DNA of 64,000 nucleotides from a virus: IMG/VR virus record IMGVR_UViG_3300042453_005424, positions 10,455 to 74,454 of that record; one strand, 5' to 3'. Shown piece by piece: positions 29,750 to 39,061 of this stretch (position 1 is its first letter; each line of letters starts with the position of its first letter). The notes under the pieces were generated by a model. It saw only the letters and a program-made list of their open reading frames with translations, ran no database searches and was not told where the DNA came from. The position numbers and the translations under genes were made by a program.

Positions 29750-31939
29750 TTACATATCAAAATTATCTGCTTTTGACATGTTTATGGATAACTCCGGAGA
29801 TTTCCGTTTTAAGAAAATTACCAGCTCCCCTAAATTTTTGAAAACGCTGGTAACTAATTCCACTAATTCAGGTAAATCGCCTCTGCCATACATATCTTTA
29901 AATTTATCTGTTTCCCAGTGGAGTAAAAATAAAATTCTACCAAGCCTATCCATAGCTTCAATGATGGATGGAAGGTACTCAGAAACTTTATCCCCTACTG
30001 AAACATATTTCGCTAAAGCTCCGATTGTATGCGCGTCAAATATTTCTTTTTGGTTGTTCTGCGCTAATTGAATCGCTTGTTGAACAACTCTCGGGTCTAC
30101 CCCTTCTACGTCTGGCATAACACCTAACCCCTTACGAGTAGGATCTTGCGTATAGCTAATATCTGAGGAAAGCATGTTCTCCATACCTACCCCAGTAGTT
30201 GTGGCCTGTCCAAATTCGTTGGTATAGGGTGATTCCTCCAACGGCTGGGGGTACATATCTCCGGTGTAAGCTTGTTTTATATGCCCTTTTTTTGATATCC
30301 CTGGGACAAGAGAGTCTATTATTTTTTCAGACTCTTCAAAAGGTAACCCAAACTCCATAGTCATGGCAATTTTTGCGCTAACAGGGTCATCATACTTTTT
30401 CTTAGCTCCGTTTATATCTATAAAATATTCGCTGCCGTTTGTGCGCACAGACATAGGCAAAATATTTTTTTCAGTCAACAAATTATTTAAAGCACGTATC
30501 GATCCAGGCTCATGTCTGGTGTCTTCGTCGATCTTATCACCTCCCGCCTCTGCGGACACAGTGCTTAATTTTCCAGAACTAGGCTCAATCTTAAGTAATT
30601 TATACCCGGACGGGACATAAATTAAATTATCCTTATATTCCAGTTTATCGCCAGGTTTTTTTGTAATCACCAAAAATACTTCTTTCGCCTGTTTGGGGTG
30701 GTTATAAAAATTACCTCTAGGAAGATCATGCACACTTCCGGGGCGGTCAGTTTTTCCACGATATTCTATACAATCGCAACCATGGTCATAAGCTCTATAA
30801 GGCTCTGCAGAAATTCTTCGAATTCCAGAAGCATCTTTGAAATTAGCTGTTATGTAAAACGGCTGGGTAGCATTTAAATTTTCATTTATTAATACATAAA
30901 TATTTGAACCTGGACGAGCCTCGGCTGCGTCGACCATCATTTTATGCACATCAGAATAATCGGCTATCTTAAAATGGTCTTTAATAAATACTTTGGTGCT
31001 ATCCTTTATATACGCGCTTCCTTTTCCGGACTCTAAATCGATAACAATAGCGTCATCTGTAGAAAAATTTTGCTGAAGCTGCTTCGGACGAACTAAAACT
31101 AAACCATACCGCAAATTACCTGTAGCTGTAATATATGAATAAAATCCAGAATCTACAGGATTTGAAAAAGTCTTTTCATAATCTATAGCTCCAAACTTTG
31201 ATTTTTCTCCAGCCTCTCGGTTGTCCAAAATGACAAACCCTTGGGTCAACAAAGTTTCTTTTTGCTGAGCAGTTAAATTCTTTACTTGCTCCTTATTCTC
31301 TTTTTTTACAAGTTTCAATTTGGCTGGAGCATTGTCTCCTGAGCGATATTTATCTCCATCGTCTAAACTAATAGCTTCGGCGACCTTCTCCATAGGATAA
31401 AATCTCATAACAGCCTCACAAAAGTCTGCGTCTTTCTCCAATAAGTTTGCGAATGCCTTTTTGGTTGGGTTGCCGGAATCTCTTACATAATCGATAACTG
31501 AAGCGACTGTATATTTTCCGGTACGTGGAGGAACAACAAGCTGTCTGTAATCTCCCTGAGCCACATCGCGCATTATGTCAGATCTGCTTTCGTCTGAGTT
31601 TTCTCCCAGTCCTAGCAATTCCTCTTTTATGAACATTTCAGCAAAGTCTTCATTCAACGGATAAAATTGCTCGTTGTTTTTACTGTAGAGTAAATCAAGA
31701 GTTTTAACCTTACCATTAATAAAAAACACCGGAACAAATAAAATTTGCCCATTAGCCGAGCGAAAACCAAAAACCCCTAGAGCTTTCGTATTGTCTTCAT
31801 TCTTTTTTACAATCTCAAATCCCACCAAATACGGGATTAAATTTTTGAGGGTATCTTGAAGACGTTGGTAAGCTAGTTGGAAAAAAGCCCCTTCGAGTTG
31901 GTCGTCTGCTGCTGCTTTTATTAAATTTGTTTTAGGCAT
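29750..31939 (-). CDS. Large hypothetical virion protein
   Basis: 729 aa with IKAA, EKVA and IKQA motifs. Own promoter TTGATA-N17-TAAAAT at 31970-31998. Confidence 0.6.
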   Translation of the reverse strand: MPKTNLIKAAADDQLEGAFFQLAYQRLQDTLKNLIPYLVGFEIVKKNEDNTKALGVFGFRSANGQILFVPVFFINGKVKTLDLLYSKNNEQFYPLNEDFAEMFIKEELLGLGENSDESRSDIMRDVAQGDYRQLVVPPRTGKYTVASVIDYVRDSGNPTKKAFANLLEKDADFCEAVMRFYPMEKVAEAISLDDGDKYRSGDNAPAKLKLVKKENKEQVKNLTAQQKETLLTQGFVILDNREAGEKSKFGAIDYEKTFSNPVDSGFYSYITATGNLRYGLVLVRPKQLQQNFSTDDAIVIDLESGKGSAYIKDSTKVFIKDHFKIADYSDVHKMMVDAAEARPGSNIYVLINENLNATQPFYITANFKDASGIRRISAEPYRAYDHGCDCIEYRGKTDRPGSVHDLPRGNFYNHPKQAKEVFLVITKKPGDKLEYKDNLIYVPSGYKLLKIEPSSGKLSTVSAEAGGDKIDEDTRHEPGSIRALNNLLTEKNILPMSVRTNGSEYFIDINGAKKKYDDPVSAKIAMTMEFGLPFEESEKIIDSLVPGISKKGHIKQAYTGDMYPQPLEESPYTNEFGQATTTGVGMENMLSSDISYTQDPTRKGLGVMPDVEGVDPRVVQQAIQLAQNNQKEIFDAHTIGALAKYVSVGDKVSEYLPSIIEAMDRLGRILFLLHWETDKFKDMYGRGDLPELVELVTSVFKNLGELVIFLKRKSPELSINMSKADNFDM

Positions 31940-32012
31940 AAATATAATCCGGCTATTATTGATTTACTAATTTTATTTATTTTTTGCTTGTATATCAAGA
32001 CTCTTCTTACTG

Positions 32013-33872
32013 TTAGTAAATGTCTTCCTTTTCCCCAAATCCTACACCATACGCTAACCCAGGTATAGGACTTGGTCCTTTAACATCTGAAACGGATCCT
32101 TTATTTACCATGTTTACAAATCTTTTCGCCAAATTGGTACTGTTCAGAACATGCATCCAATCTTCATGATGCTCAGGTATATCCAATAAACGCACCATCA
32201 CAGGCTCAAAGTTGGGAGGATTGTCGTTCACCAACACAGCTTCAATCCCATTATCTTTTAAATCTTTGATTACCCTGGAAGTTATTTTTGTACCTAGTGT
32301 GTAATGCAGCTCGGGTTTTTCCAGATATTTTCCGTAAGCAAAGTCTAACCTGAGATCTTTGGAATTTTCTCTAGGTTTATAATTTTTTTCAACGGCTGAA
32401 TAGGAAACGATCTGGTCTGGTAGGTAATCGCCTAAACCTTCGGGATCTGTTATTTGCACATGGTCGATAGCGGCTTTGGCTATAAGTTCAAAATTTCTAC
32501 GATTGACACTTAAATTACTATCGTCGAAAGCTTTTTTCATCGCTTCCATATAATACTTTCTACCGTCTCCTATTCCTCTGTATTTAACAACTTCTCGAGG
32601 GTCTATTAAACCTGAGCTTAAAGCGTCTCCCTGCTCTACACTATCCCCGACAGAAACTGTAGGCTCTTGGTCTAACCCGATATAATGTTCGGTATTGTTG
32701 ACTTTTATAAAATATCCTCCTGCCGCAGCAGGCTCGATTTTCGTAATAAAGCCATCTTCTTGAGCTAACGGCGCTTTACCTAAAAATTGTTTTGGGACAT
32801 TCGCCAATTGATTTATTAATTTAAACCCTTGCTGACTAGTTCCTAGTGTAGTAGCTGCACCTCCAGAATGTCTGGCTTTCATAGCGCTTTCAGTTAGTGG
32901 TTCTGCTACAGCTGTTCCTGCGACCAACCCAACATAACTATCTAAGGCGGCCATTCCTTTTTCGCGCACCCCAACACACATTTGGCAAAGTCCGCCCGCA
33001 TGATGTTTTTTGTTAGCTTGACACGTCATCGGAGAACGTATGGTTATACTTTTAATGTTTTTATTCGCGAGGTTATTTAACATTTTCAATGTAACCTCAT
33101 TATTTCTATTATACTCGTCAACAGGTTTTGCTAAAAAAGAGCCCACCGATTCTTTATCTTTCACACTAACGGATATTCCATTCATGGTGTCGCAATCATG
33201 CTCCACAACTTGAAGAGGCATGAGAGCGCGTGCGAATTGCTTTGAACCATACCCGCCTTGGGCTACGGAAATTTTTTTCAAAACTTCTCCAGATCTTGTA
33301 CCGAATGATGTTGTCAGATATTCAGGTAGAGTTAATCCCTCTGCATAAGAACTTTTTATCGGTAAATCCATTTTAGGTTTACCGTCAGCATCCACAACAA
33401 CACCTTGTGTAGCTATTGTTCCTCGATACTGCGCGGGAGATCCTCTTGAACCGGCAATAATAATTTTAGCTAAAGATTTATTCGAACTAAGCCCTTTTGA
33501 CAAAATATCTTTTTCGATATTAGTCATCATGTCATTGTATTTATCGAATATCTTTTTATTTTTTACAGATTCTGAGTCATCACTTTTTTCTATTTTTGCT
33601 TTGAATGCGTCGAAATCCTCCCAAAGCTTATCCTTATCTATAGGAGATACTAAATCTTTTAATGTGAGTGATGTTCCTTCTCGTGTGGCAATCTCGAAAC
33701 CTAACCTTGTTAAATCCGATGTAATTTTACTGTATTCGGTCGGAGCTTTAGCAGCTAGTGCGCTAAAAAATTTAGAAAGCCCTTTTTTGTCTAAAACTTC
33801 ATCGTCTATCAAATCATGAAACTGCGAAGGAGTAAAAAACTTAAGCAAAACTTTACCTACTGTGGTTACCAT
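32013..33872 (-). CDS. DNA-directed RNA polymerase beta' subunit, C-terminal part
   Basis: TTVG, AGSRGS, PIKSSYAEGL...EY, bridge helix, EHDC, RSPMTC...CQMC zinc site, trigger loop AEPLTESAMKARHSGG, VNRRNFELI. Confidence 0.92.
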   Translation of the reverse strand: MVTTVGKVLLKFFTPSQFHDLIDDEVLDKKGLSKFFSALAAKAPTEYSKITSDLTRLGFEIATREGTSLTLKDLVSPIDKDKLWEDFDAFKAKIEKSDDSESVKNKKIFDKYNDMMTNIEKDILSKGLSSNKSLAKIIIAGSRGSPAQYRGTIATQGVVVDADGKPKMDLPIKSSYAEGLTLPEYLTTSFGTRSGEVLKKISVAQGGYGSKQFARALMPLQVVEHDCDTMNGISVSVKDKESVGSFLAKPVDEYNRNNEVTLKMLNNLANKNIKSITIRSPMTCQANKKHHAGGLCQMCVGVREKGMAALDSYVGLVAGTAVAEPLTESAMKARHSGGAATTLGTSQQGFKLINQLANVPKQFLGKAPLAQEDGFITKIEPAAAGGYFIKVNNTEHYIGLDQEPTVSVGDSVEQGDALSSGLIDPREVVKYRGIGDGRKYYMEAMKKAFDDSNLSVNRRNFELIAKAAIDHVQITDPEGLGDYLPDQIVSYSAVEKNYKPRENSKDLRLDFAYGKYLEKPELHYTLGTKITSRVIKDLKDNGIEAVLVNDNPPNFEPVMVRLLDIPEHHEDWMHVLNSTNLAKRFVNMVNKGSVSDVKGPSPIPGLAYGVGFGEKEDIY

Positions 33873-33874
33873 TG

Positions 33875-34306
33875 TTAAACAAACCTTTCGTCCGCCCCCA
33901 AAAAGCGGGCGCGAAGTGCTTCATAAAATGTAACCCCTGGAACCAACACTCTTGCAACTTTTTGCTGCGGAATAAAATTATTAGAAATAACATTATTAGT
34001 CTTAGCTGTAGAAGAATCTTTTGGCTTTCCCACAGTGTTTTTCTCTTCGTCTAACATATTTTGCACGGATAATTCTTGAAATGCATCATCCATTAGCTGC
34101 CCTTCAAAATTATCCGCAGTTTGCTGCTTCGGTGTGGCTGTGGTTACATCCGGTTCTGCTAATTCGTAGTTATCTCCATTATTTACCGTGAAAGGATCCC
34201 TGTGATCTTCGGCCAACTTTTCCTTTATATAACAAGCGTAGTCGTAATTTGGATCTTGCTCAACTACACTATCTAAAAAAACGGATAATTTAGTCAAATC
34301 GAACAT
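33875..34306 (-). CDS. Hypothetical protein (KxA motifs)
   Basis: 143 aa with EKLA and QKVA. Confidence 0.55.
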   Translation of the reverse strand: MFDLTKLSVFLDSVVEQDPNYDYACYIKEKLAEDHRDPFTVNNGDNYELAEPDVTTATPKQQTADNFEGQLMDDAFQELSVQNMLDEEKNTVGKPKDSSTAKTNNVISNNFIPQQKVARVLVPGVTFYEALRARFLGADERFV

Positions 34307-34324
34307 ATTTTTAAATTAATGAAA

Positions 34325-35194
34325 TTAACCTACCGCATTCATAGCCTGCGGGTATATTCCTCCTGCGGACCCCATCAAGGCTTCTTGTTGCTGTGAGTTT
34401 TGCTGCTGACTCTGCTGTTTTTCAAGTTCAGCCTTTTGTTTAACAGCTTCCATTTTTTGGTTATGTTGGTCTGCCAGTTGTTTAACTTTCAGTAATGAAG
34501 CTGTGGCAGACCCTTTCCCTATCAAATCCAGTAATTCTCGTACCGATAAATTAACGCGTACATTATCCAGCTCATTCTTTGCTTCTACAGCAGAAGCTTC
34601 GGCAGAAGAAGCGTCATCCATGGCTGCTGGGGTATTTTGGCTGGTTCCGAAAAGCCCTGCAGCGTCTTCGTAGGATGCTTGCGCTTCCATAGGCGCTGCT
34701 TGCCCGACAGCTCCGCCATTCATCTGAGGAGCCAATTGTTGTAAAATAGCCGCCAGCTGTTGTTCTCTTTGCTCAGGAGGTAACGCTTGAAGTTGAGTCA
34801 ATAGGGGAGTGATTTGCTGCTGCAGCTCAGGGGGAATTTGCTGTAAAGCTGTTGTGACCTCGTCCCATAAACTTTGTTGAGGAGCAGCTTGTTGAGGAGC
34901 AGCTTGTTGAGGAGCAGCTTGTTGAGGAGCAGCTTGTTGAGGAGCAGCTTGTTGAGGAGCAGCTTGTTGAGGAGCAGCTTGTTGAGGAGCAGCTTGTTGA
35001 GGAGCAGCTTGTTGCTGTTCTTGTAGCTGCTGAGCAACTTGAGGGTTAGGTATGAAAGCAACTTTTTCGCTGCTGTCTGCGGTAGCTGTGTCTGTAGATG
35101 AAAATAGCGCCGTTAATGTTGTCTTGGCGGAGTTTTCTGCGGCTTCTTTAACTATTAAGTTGTTATATTGGTTTATCAAATCTACGATTTTCAT
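34325..35194 (-). CDS. Gln-rich protein with AAPQQ tandem repeat
   Basis: VKEAA and EKVA followed by a Q/A/P-rich region. Confidence 0.6.
   Translation of the reverse strand: MKIVDLINQYNNLIVKEAAENSAKTTLTALFSSTDTATADSSEKVAFIPNPQVAQQLQEQQQAAPQQAAPQQAAPQQAAPQQAAPQQAAPQQAAPQQAAPQQAAPQQSLWDEVTTALQQIPPELQQQITPLLTQLQALPPEQREQQLAAILQQLAPQMNGGAVGQAAPMEAQASYEDAAGLFGTSQNTPAAMDDASSAEASAVEAKNELDNVRVNLSVRELLDLIGKGSATASLLKVKQLADQHNQKMEAVKQKAELEKQQSQQQNSQQQEALMGSAGGIYPQAMNAVG
34874..35014. repeat. Perfect 15-nt tandem repeat (TTGTTGAGGAGCAGC) x9 plus partial
   Basis: Counted directly. Encodes AAPQQ on the minus strand. Confidence 0.95.
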
Positions 35195-35391
35195 AAGGCA
35201 TTTTCTAATTCTATAATTTTAAATATTTTGTTTTGGAGCTCCGTTTTTATTTTACTTAATTTTCCTTGTTCTCGTGTATAGCTAAGGTTATGCTTACCTT
35301 TGTCTATAAGTACTAATTCCTGTAGATATTTTTGCAACTCCTCATATTTATCAACTTCAGATAATTGAAGCCATTCAGTTTCGTCAAGCAT
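35191..35391 (-). CDS. Small hypothetical protein
   Basis: 66 aa, ATGA-coupled to the next gene. Confidence 0.5.
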   Translation of the reverse strand: MLDETEWLQLSEVDKYEELQKYLQELVLIDKGKHNLSYTREQGKLSKIKTELQNKIFKIIELENAL

Positions 35392-35431
35392 AACTTAAAA
35401 GAATAGAAAGATAAAGATTAATCTATCTGAT

Positions 35432-38422
35432 TCAAACTTCAACGCGGTCGCCAACATCTAATTTACCGGCTAAAAAATCTCTTACAACTTCTTGCGCTGA
35501 GCTATATTTAATAGGTTTATTTTTTTTATCTTCAAAACTTGCAGCGAATAAACCTGTAGCGGCCTCGTTCGAAGGAGTGAATATCGGGCTGAATGTTCTG
35601 TGGTAGATTAAATTTTTCTCAGGCAATAGCTTTTCTTTGATTTCATCTTTAGCTTCTTCTGTCGCCGGAACTTGCACATTCAACTGATCTCCATCACAAT
35701 CAGCGCCGAAACCTTTAAACACCAAAGGATTTAATTTAACTGAAAAATCTTTAGGATCAATATTTGTCTTTAGATAGAAACCTTGAAAATTATATTTAGA
35801 TAATTGCGGATCTCGAGTAACAATTCCTGGGCGGTCCTCCATCTCTAGCTGGAGTGCATTAAGCGCCAACGGATGTTTTGTATCTAAGTATTCTCTAGCT
35901 TTAGTTGCAGGTATTCCTTGTTTAACCAATCTTCGAATTATAAAAGGAGCATATATACTCCAAGCAACATTTTGAGGAATGCTCGCTTGATTCAGATCTA
36001 ACTTCGAATCAGGCAATAACACAGCTCTTCCTACCAAATCAATTGGTTTGTTAACAACTTTTGCCTGAAACATGGATTCTTTGGCTGACCCGCCGTGAAC
36101 GCCTAACGCAGTAGCTAGTAAACCTTTATACCCTTTCTCTTTACTTTTTTGAGATATTGGGTCACCTAAACCATATATAGCTTGAGCACCTTCGTAAATT
36201 TTCTGTTTTGCCGCTCTAATGTGTTCAGGAGAAATATCCTCTATTTTTTCAGCATCTTTCAAAGATTTATTGACAAGCATCAAATCTTTATATAGCTCAT
36301 TAATATCTGCCGAAAGAACTTGATCTCCCTGTATAATAATAGGGCGATACTGTGCAGGAATAATTGGGATTTTAGATAACAACATATCACTAGGCTTGAG
36401 CCCGTGTGATTTAAGCATAGTTAAAAAGCTTAAACTTTTGACTGCCTCGTCTCTTCCGGATTTACGTTTGGTAGCAATAAATTGTTTAAGCTCATCAATT
36501 TTATTCTCTACATCTATAGCTTCTAATTTCTTTTCAAGCTCACCACTAGCGATAGCCGCTGTATAATTCGCCTTGGTCATTTTTAACATTTTACGTAAAT
36601 GTTCTTCAGCCATAGGATTAGGTATTTTATGACTCAACTCAATGTGATTGAAATTATCTCCGTACAACCCAACATATGTAGGGTCAAAAAGGCCGTGCTC
36701 CTCATGCTGCAATTCATCTTTTTTTAACTTGTACGTGAGAGGATTTTTAATTTCCCCTGATGATAATGAAACAATATCTTTATCGGTTTGAGGAAAAATA
36801 TGAAATTTTGAACCTTCCTGCTGAACATTAATTCCTGCTCCACGAAGATGCCCAAGAAACTTATTAAATATAAATGGTACTTTTGGAGGGGGTGGAGGAT
36901 ACCCTAATTTGAGGGCAGTCCAATAATCATCGTTTTTAGTAGAGCGCACCGTAGCGATATCCCTAAGCACTGCTTTCGCGTCATTCGATAAAGCAACCGT
37001 CGTAGCCAAGTTACCTATTCGTTTAGCTTTTTCTGTTGTTCCGGCCTTTGAAGGCTGCATATTCACATCATATGTAGTTGCAGCAGATCTAGCAGAAATT
37101 TTGTCCTCAGCTATATGGTGTAACCTGTTAAAATAAAGAGGTCCTGTTAGCACTTCGACCTGTTTGCCTGAAATTGGATCATAAAGCTTTTCAGTGTCTT
37201 TAATTCCTGCTTTGTCCAACGCGTCTATTACTTTTTGCACCGCAGAACCTTCAGTAAATCCGGTCATATTGAGAGCTTTGCCTTTTTTCTGTGCTAATTT
37301 ACCTAGCCCGATTGTATTCACCAACCCAGGAGCAACGCGAGAAGTGATGCTCATGGAATTAAGGATAACATCCACAGGTTTGCCGTCTTCGTCTTGTGGC
37401 ATTTGCGTATCAGCAGCGATGTGTACCACTCCTTTAGCTCCGAACGGCATATTCAATTTATCCCCAAACCCCATAGGGCGCTTTGTTTTAACAGTTACAG
37501 TTATAAGTTTACCTGTGTTAACTGAGTCAACCACTGTTCCTTCGTGCTCATATTCCCATGTTGTAGAAATATCATTAAAAGCATTTCTAATCACTTTAGA
37601 TAACTTTCCAAGTTGTATATCCAATGATTTAAGTGTTTTAGGCTGGAAAGCCAGGATCACGGGATCTCCAGGTCGCAAAACTGTTCCTTTTTTTACTACT
37701 CCCTGAGAATCTATGGTATCTAATTGATCGTTATAGAACTTGTTAGGAAACAATGAAATATGCTGATTTTTATCTGTGGAAACTCCTCTAGCCACCTCTA
37801 AACGAATAGGGATGAGTTGCTCTCCTTCGAGTTTTTTTGCTGCAGATTCAGATATAACCAAAGCATCCTCAAAATTAAGAGAGCGATAAGGCATAACCGC
37901 GGTTTTCAAATTCATACCTAGGGCTAAGTTGCCTTTATCATCTGAATAATTCGAGGTAGCCAATAATTGCCCTTTTTCTACCTTGTCTCCTATTGAAACC
38001 GTAGGTTTGTGGTCTATATAACTTTCTCTTCCGACGATATAATTTGAATATCTGTCGTGCGTATGCTCTTTACCTGAAGAGTCTTTGATAACAATGGTAT
38101 CATCATTAATTTTTGCAACTTTACCTGCAACTGACGATCTGATGCTTACTAAATTTCCAAAAAGCTGGTTAAAACTCTGTTTTCCTCCTTTAGGAGCTGA
38201 CTGAACTAACGGAGCTTCTCGATTAGTTAACGTCATAGCTTGCAACGAAGACTTATCCCCGATCAAAACGCGAGCCCCAGAAACAGAGCTGATTCCTGGA
38301 ATTAAATTGGTTACAGGACTAAAAAACTCGGAAGGATCTGGTATAGTATATTTGGCTTTTTCAGATGAGGAAACTTTTTTTAATTTCCCTGCCACCAGCA
38401 TATATTTATAATTTTTACCCAT
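35432..38422 (-). CDS. RNA polymerase beta C-terminal / beta' N-terminal fusion (contains catalytic DxDGD)
   Basis: beta motifs: LALGMNL...NFEDAL, GDKL...GAKGV, RLHHIAEDKISARS. beta' motifs: SSGEIKNP, HIEL, PAQYRP, KPIDLVGRAV, TRDPQL, GADCDGDQ. Confidence 0.95.
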   Translation of the reverse strand: MGKNYKYMLVAGKLKKVSSSEKAKYTIPDPSEFFSPVTNLIPGISSVSGARVLIGDKSSLQAMTLTNREAPLVQSAPKGGKQSFNQLFGNLVSIRSSVAGKVAKINDDTIVIKDSSGKEHTHDRYSNYIVGRESYIDHKPTVSIGDKVEKGQLLATSNYSDDKGNLALGMNLKTAVMPYRSLNFEDALVISESAAKKLEGEQLIPIRLEVARGVSTDKNQHISLFPNKFYNDQLDTIDSQGVVKKGTVLRPGDPVILAFQPKTLKSLDIQLGKLSKVIRNAFNDISTTWEYEHEGTVVDSVNTGKLITVTVKTKRPMGFGDKLNMPFGAKGVVHIAADTQMPQDEDGKPVDVILNSMSITSRVAPGLVNTIGLGKLAQKKGKALNMTGFTEGSAVQKVIDALDKAGIKDTEKLYDPISGKQVEVLTGPLYFNRLHHIAEDKISARSAATTYDVNMQPSKAGTTEKAKRIGNLATTVALSNDAKAVLRDIATVRSTKNDDYWTALKLGYPPPPPKVPFIFNKFLGHLRGAGINVQQEGSKFHIFPQTDKDIVSLSSGEIKNPLTYKLKKDELQHEEHGLFDPTYVGLYGDNFNHIELSHKIPNPMAEEHLRKMLKMTKANYTAAIASGELEKKLEAIDVENKIDELKQFIATKRKSGRDEAVKSLSFLTMLKSHGLKPSDMLLSKIPIIPAQYRPIIIQGDQVLSADINELYKDLMLVNKSLKDAEKIEDISPEHIRAAKQKIYEGAQAIYGLGDPISQKSKEKGYKGLLATALGVHGGSAKESMFQAKVVNKPIDLVGRAVLLPDSKLDLNQASIPQNVAWSIYAPFIIRRLVKQGIPATKAREYLDTKHPLALNALQLEMEDRPGIVTRDPQLSKYNFQGFYLKTNIDPKDFSVKLNPLVFKGFGADCDGDQLNVQVPATEEAKDEIKEKLLPEKNLIYHRTFSPIFTPSNEAATGLFAASFEDKKNKPIKYSSAQEVVRDFLAGKLDVGDRVEV

Positions 38423-38430
38423 TTAAACTA

Positions 38431-38459
38431 ATATTACCTTACCAAATATGAAAGATCAA
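38431..38459 (-). promoter_or_regulatory. Promoter TTGATC-N17-TAATAT, 8 nt before RNAP fusion ATG
   Basis: Read directly. Confidence 0.6.
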
Positions 38460-38476
38460 CCAACGGAATTAATTTT

Positions 38477-38854
38477 TTAGTTTTTTTTTGTTTTTTTATC
38501 TTTAATTTTTTTGTTAGACGGAATGTCGGCATCTTCGTCTATAAACCTCAAACCGCACCGCCAAAGCACCTCAGCCATATCGTCGGATATAACATCTACA
38601 ATATCGTTATCTATCTCCCATATAGCGCAATGAATCAGCTCGTCTATAAGTGTGGCTAACAGTTTTTTACCTCGTTCTCCGCGGTCTATAAAAACTCCCT
38701 TGTTCTTAGTCTCCGGATGATCGGTTAGCCCTCGGGCTTCTCTCAGTTTTTTTAAACCGAATTTATACCTTTTTCCACGCACTGTGATTGATTTCACTTT
38801 TTCGATAGCTCTCATAAATAAACATAATTTACTAGATTTACCTGAATGGTTCAA
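38477..38854 (-). CDS. Zincin-like small protein with DExxH variant
   Basis: LATLIDELIHCAIW resembles the TLxHExxH of phage metallopeptidase-like proteins. True start may be downstream (MRAIEK). Confidence 0.45.
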   Translation of the reverse strand: MNHSGKSSKLCLFMRAIEKVKSITVRGKRYKFGLKKLREARGLTDHPETKNKGVFIDRGERGKKLLATLIDELIHCAIWEIDNDIVDVISDDMAEVLWRCGLRFIDEDADIPSNKKIKDKKTKKN

Positions 38855-38929
38855 GCCACAAACAAGAAAACTGGTATACAGTCTATGGTAGATCTGCTTT
38901 CCCTCATATCAACAGATGCTTTCTCCCCC

Positions 38930-38958
38930 TTGACTCCACGATAATTGATGAGTAGAGT
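38930..38958 (+). promoter_or_regulatory. Promoter TTGACT-N17-TAGAGT (HUH gene)
   Basis: Read directly. Confidence 0.5.
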
Positions 38959-38994
38959 TAGCTCCGATATGTCTAAGAGCATATAGGCACCTGA

Positions 38995-39040
38995 CAGCAA
39001 TGTACTCAATCGAGCCTGAAAAGAGTTGAGTAGTGTGCTG
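38995..39040. repeat. Imperfect inverted repeat upstream of HUH gene
   Basis: CAGCA-atg-TACTCAA ... TTGAGTA-gtg-TGCTG. Confidence 0.6.
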
Positions 39041-39061
39041 CACAATAAACATACATACAAA

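Noticed and set aside
26219-31939. Portal or terminase assignment for the large ORFs in the head cluster
   Set aside because: No Walker A/B, nuclease or portal motifs were recognised. Left as hypothetical.
34798-35061. ORF with LLLNK repeats in the track, and possible CRISPR array
   Set aside because: It is an alternative reading of the 15-nt repeat. There are no spacers, so it is not CRISPR.
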